This document shows, one piece after another, positions 63,258 to 64,000 of a DNA stretch of 64,000 nt (its first letter is position 1; each line of letters begins with the position of its first letter). The position numbers and the translations under genes were made by a program. The notes beneath the pieces are model-generated. The model saw only the letters and a program-made list of their open reading frames with translations, did not search any database and was not told the DNA's origin. This DNA is from Camelus ferus (lineage: Eukaryota). The stretch is taken from positions 9,364,001 to 9,428,000 of the forward strand of contig NC_045696.1 in assembly GCF_009834535.1 (NCBI RefSeq). The letters run 5' to 3'.

Positions 63258-64000
63258 TCATTTCCTGCCACTCTACTATGTGGGGTGACCCAGGTGCCCA
63301 CCCTCCCTGCTGGAGCCAGACTGGTGGGGTTGCACCAGGCACCCTGATGGGACATCTGGAGCTCCAGGTGATGTGGGTTGATGCCACTCCTCACATTTTC
63401 CTTGATTCCAGAATTTCGCTGTTATTGCAGGTCCCAAATACCCATTAGGAAAATTTACAGGTTATATTGTCTAGTTTTAAGCTAAATAAATCCTCAAGAA
63501 AATGGACAAGTGCCTTACGAAGCTGCCCACTAAACCATGGCATGAAGACACTTCTCAGGAAGCAAACAGAGGTGGACGGCAGGTAGGGGGAGGGCTGGCA
63601 CGTTTCCACTCCAGGTATGACCAACCACCAGCCCACTTATGAAGTCTGAGCCTTGGTGGAAGTTTTAAGTAAATAAATAAACAAACCTAACCCACCCCTT
63701 CAGGGTCAAGGGGACATTTCACAGCGAGTGAGCAAGTGACCGCTTTCTGCCAGAAACGTGTGGTAGGGTGAAAACACGGTGAAAACAGAAGTTTGGAAAG
63801 GTTTCTGTCATTAAGTGATTTTACTGCCAACAAATGATGTGTGAATCTATAAAAGCTCTCATATCTCACACTTTATAACTGGAGACACCATTCTCTAACC
63901 TGTTAAAAAGCTTCCAAGTGATCCCCTGGATTTTAAAACCCATTTGTGAAGCACATAAAAACAAGTAACTTGCAATTAATTTGCAAGAACCATTTACCAA

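Noticed and set aside
62906..63394. ORFs rich in E/R/K or F/L/S (also G- or P-rich ORFs at 15071-15487)
   Set aside because: These are translations of microsatellite or low-complexity DNA.

Overview
Mammalian genomic DNA, most likely from a camelid, judged by several copies of a tRNA-derived SINE resembling the camelid vic-1 family and a young L1 3'-end family. The window holds the 5' part of the CLIC6 (parchorin-type chloride intracellular channel) gene on the minus strand: a CpG-island promoter with large GC-rich exon 1 (CDS 35415-34348), a 26.3-kb intron 1, and exons 2-5 (8053-7944, 7409-7284, 6692-6586, 6056-5875), all with GT/AG boundaries and compatible phases. The last coding exon was not found and should lie left of position 1. 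Positions ~35.9-64 kb are repeat-rich upstream DNA with no recognisable gene. Most other ORFs in the track are spurious or repeat-derived. The most interesting structures are in intron 1: (i) an old inverted duplication with a near-identical core and decaying edges, consistent with gene conversion; (ii) an L1 with an apparent ~630-bp 3' transduction and an unusually long ~65-bp target-site duplication; (iii) a 157-bp templated copy inserted into a MIR-like remnant so that it sits between an acceptor-like and a donor-like signal, a candidate newborn poison exon; (iv) strong CTCF motifs in divergent orientation around the promoter. I found no prokaryote-type system and no clearly new gene. Repeat family names come from recalled consensus sequences, mismatch counts were made by eye, and repeat boundaries without target-site duplications (TSDs) are approximate.
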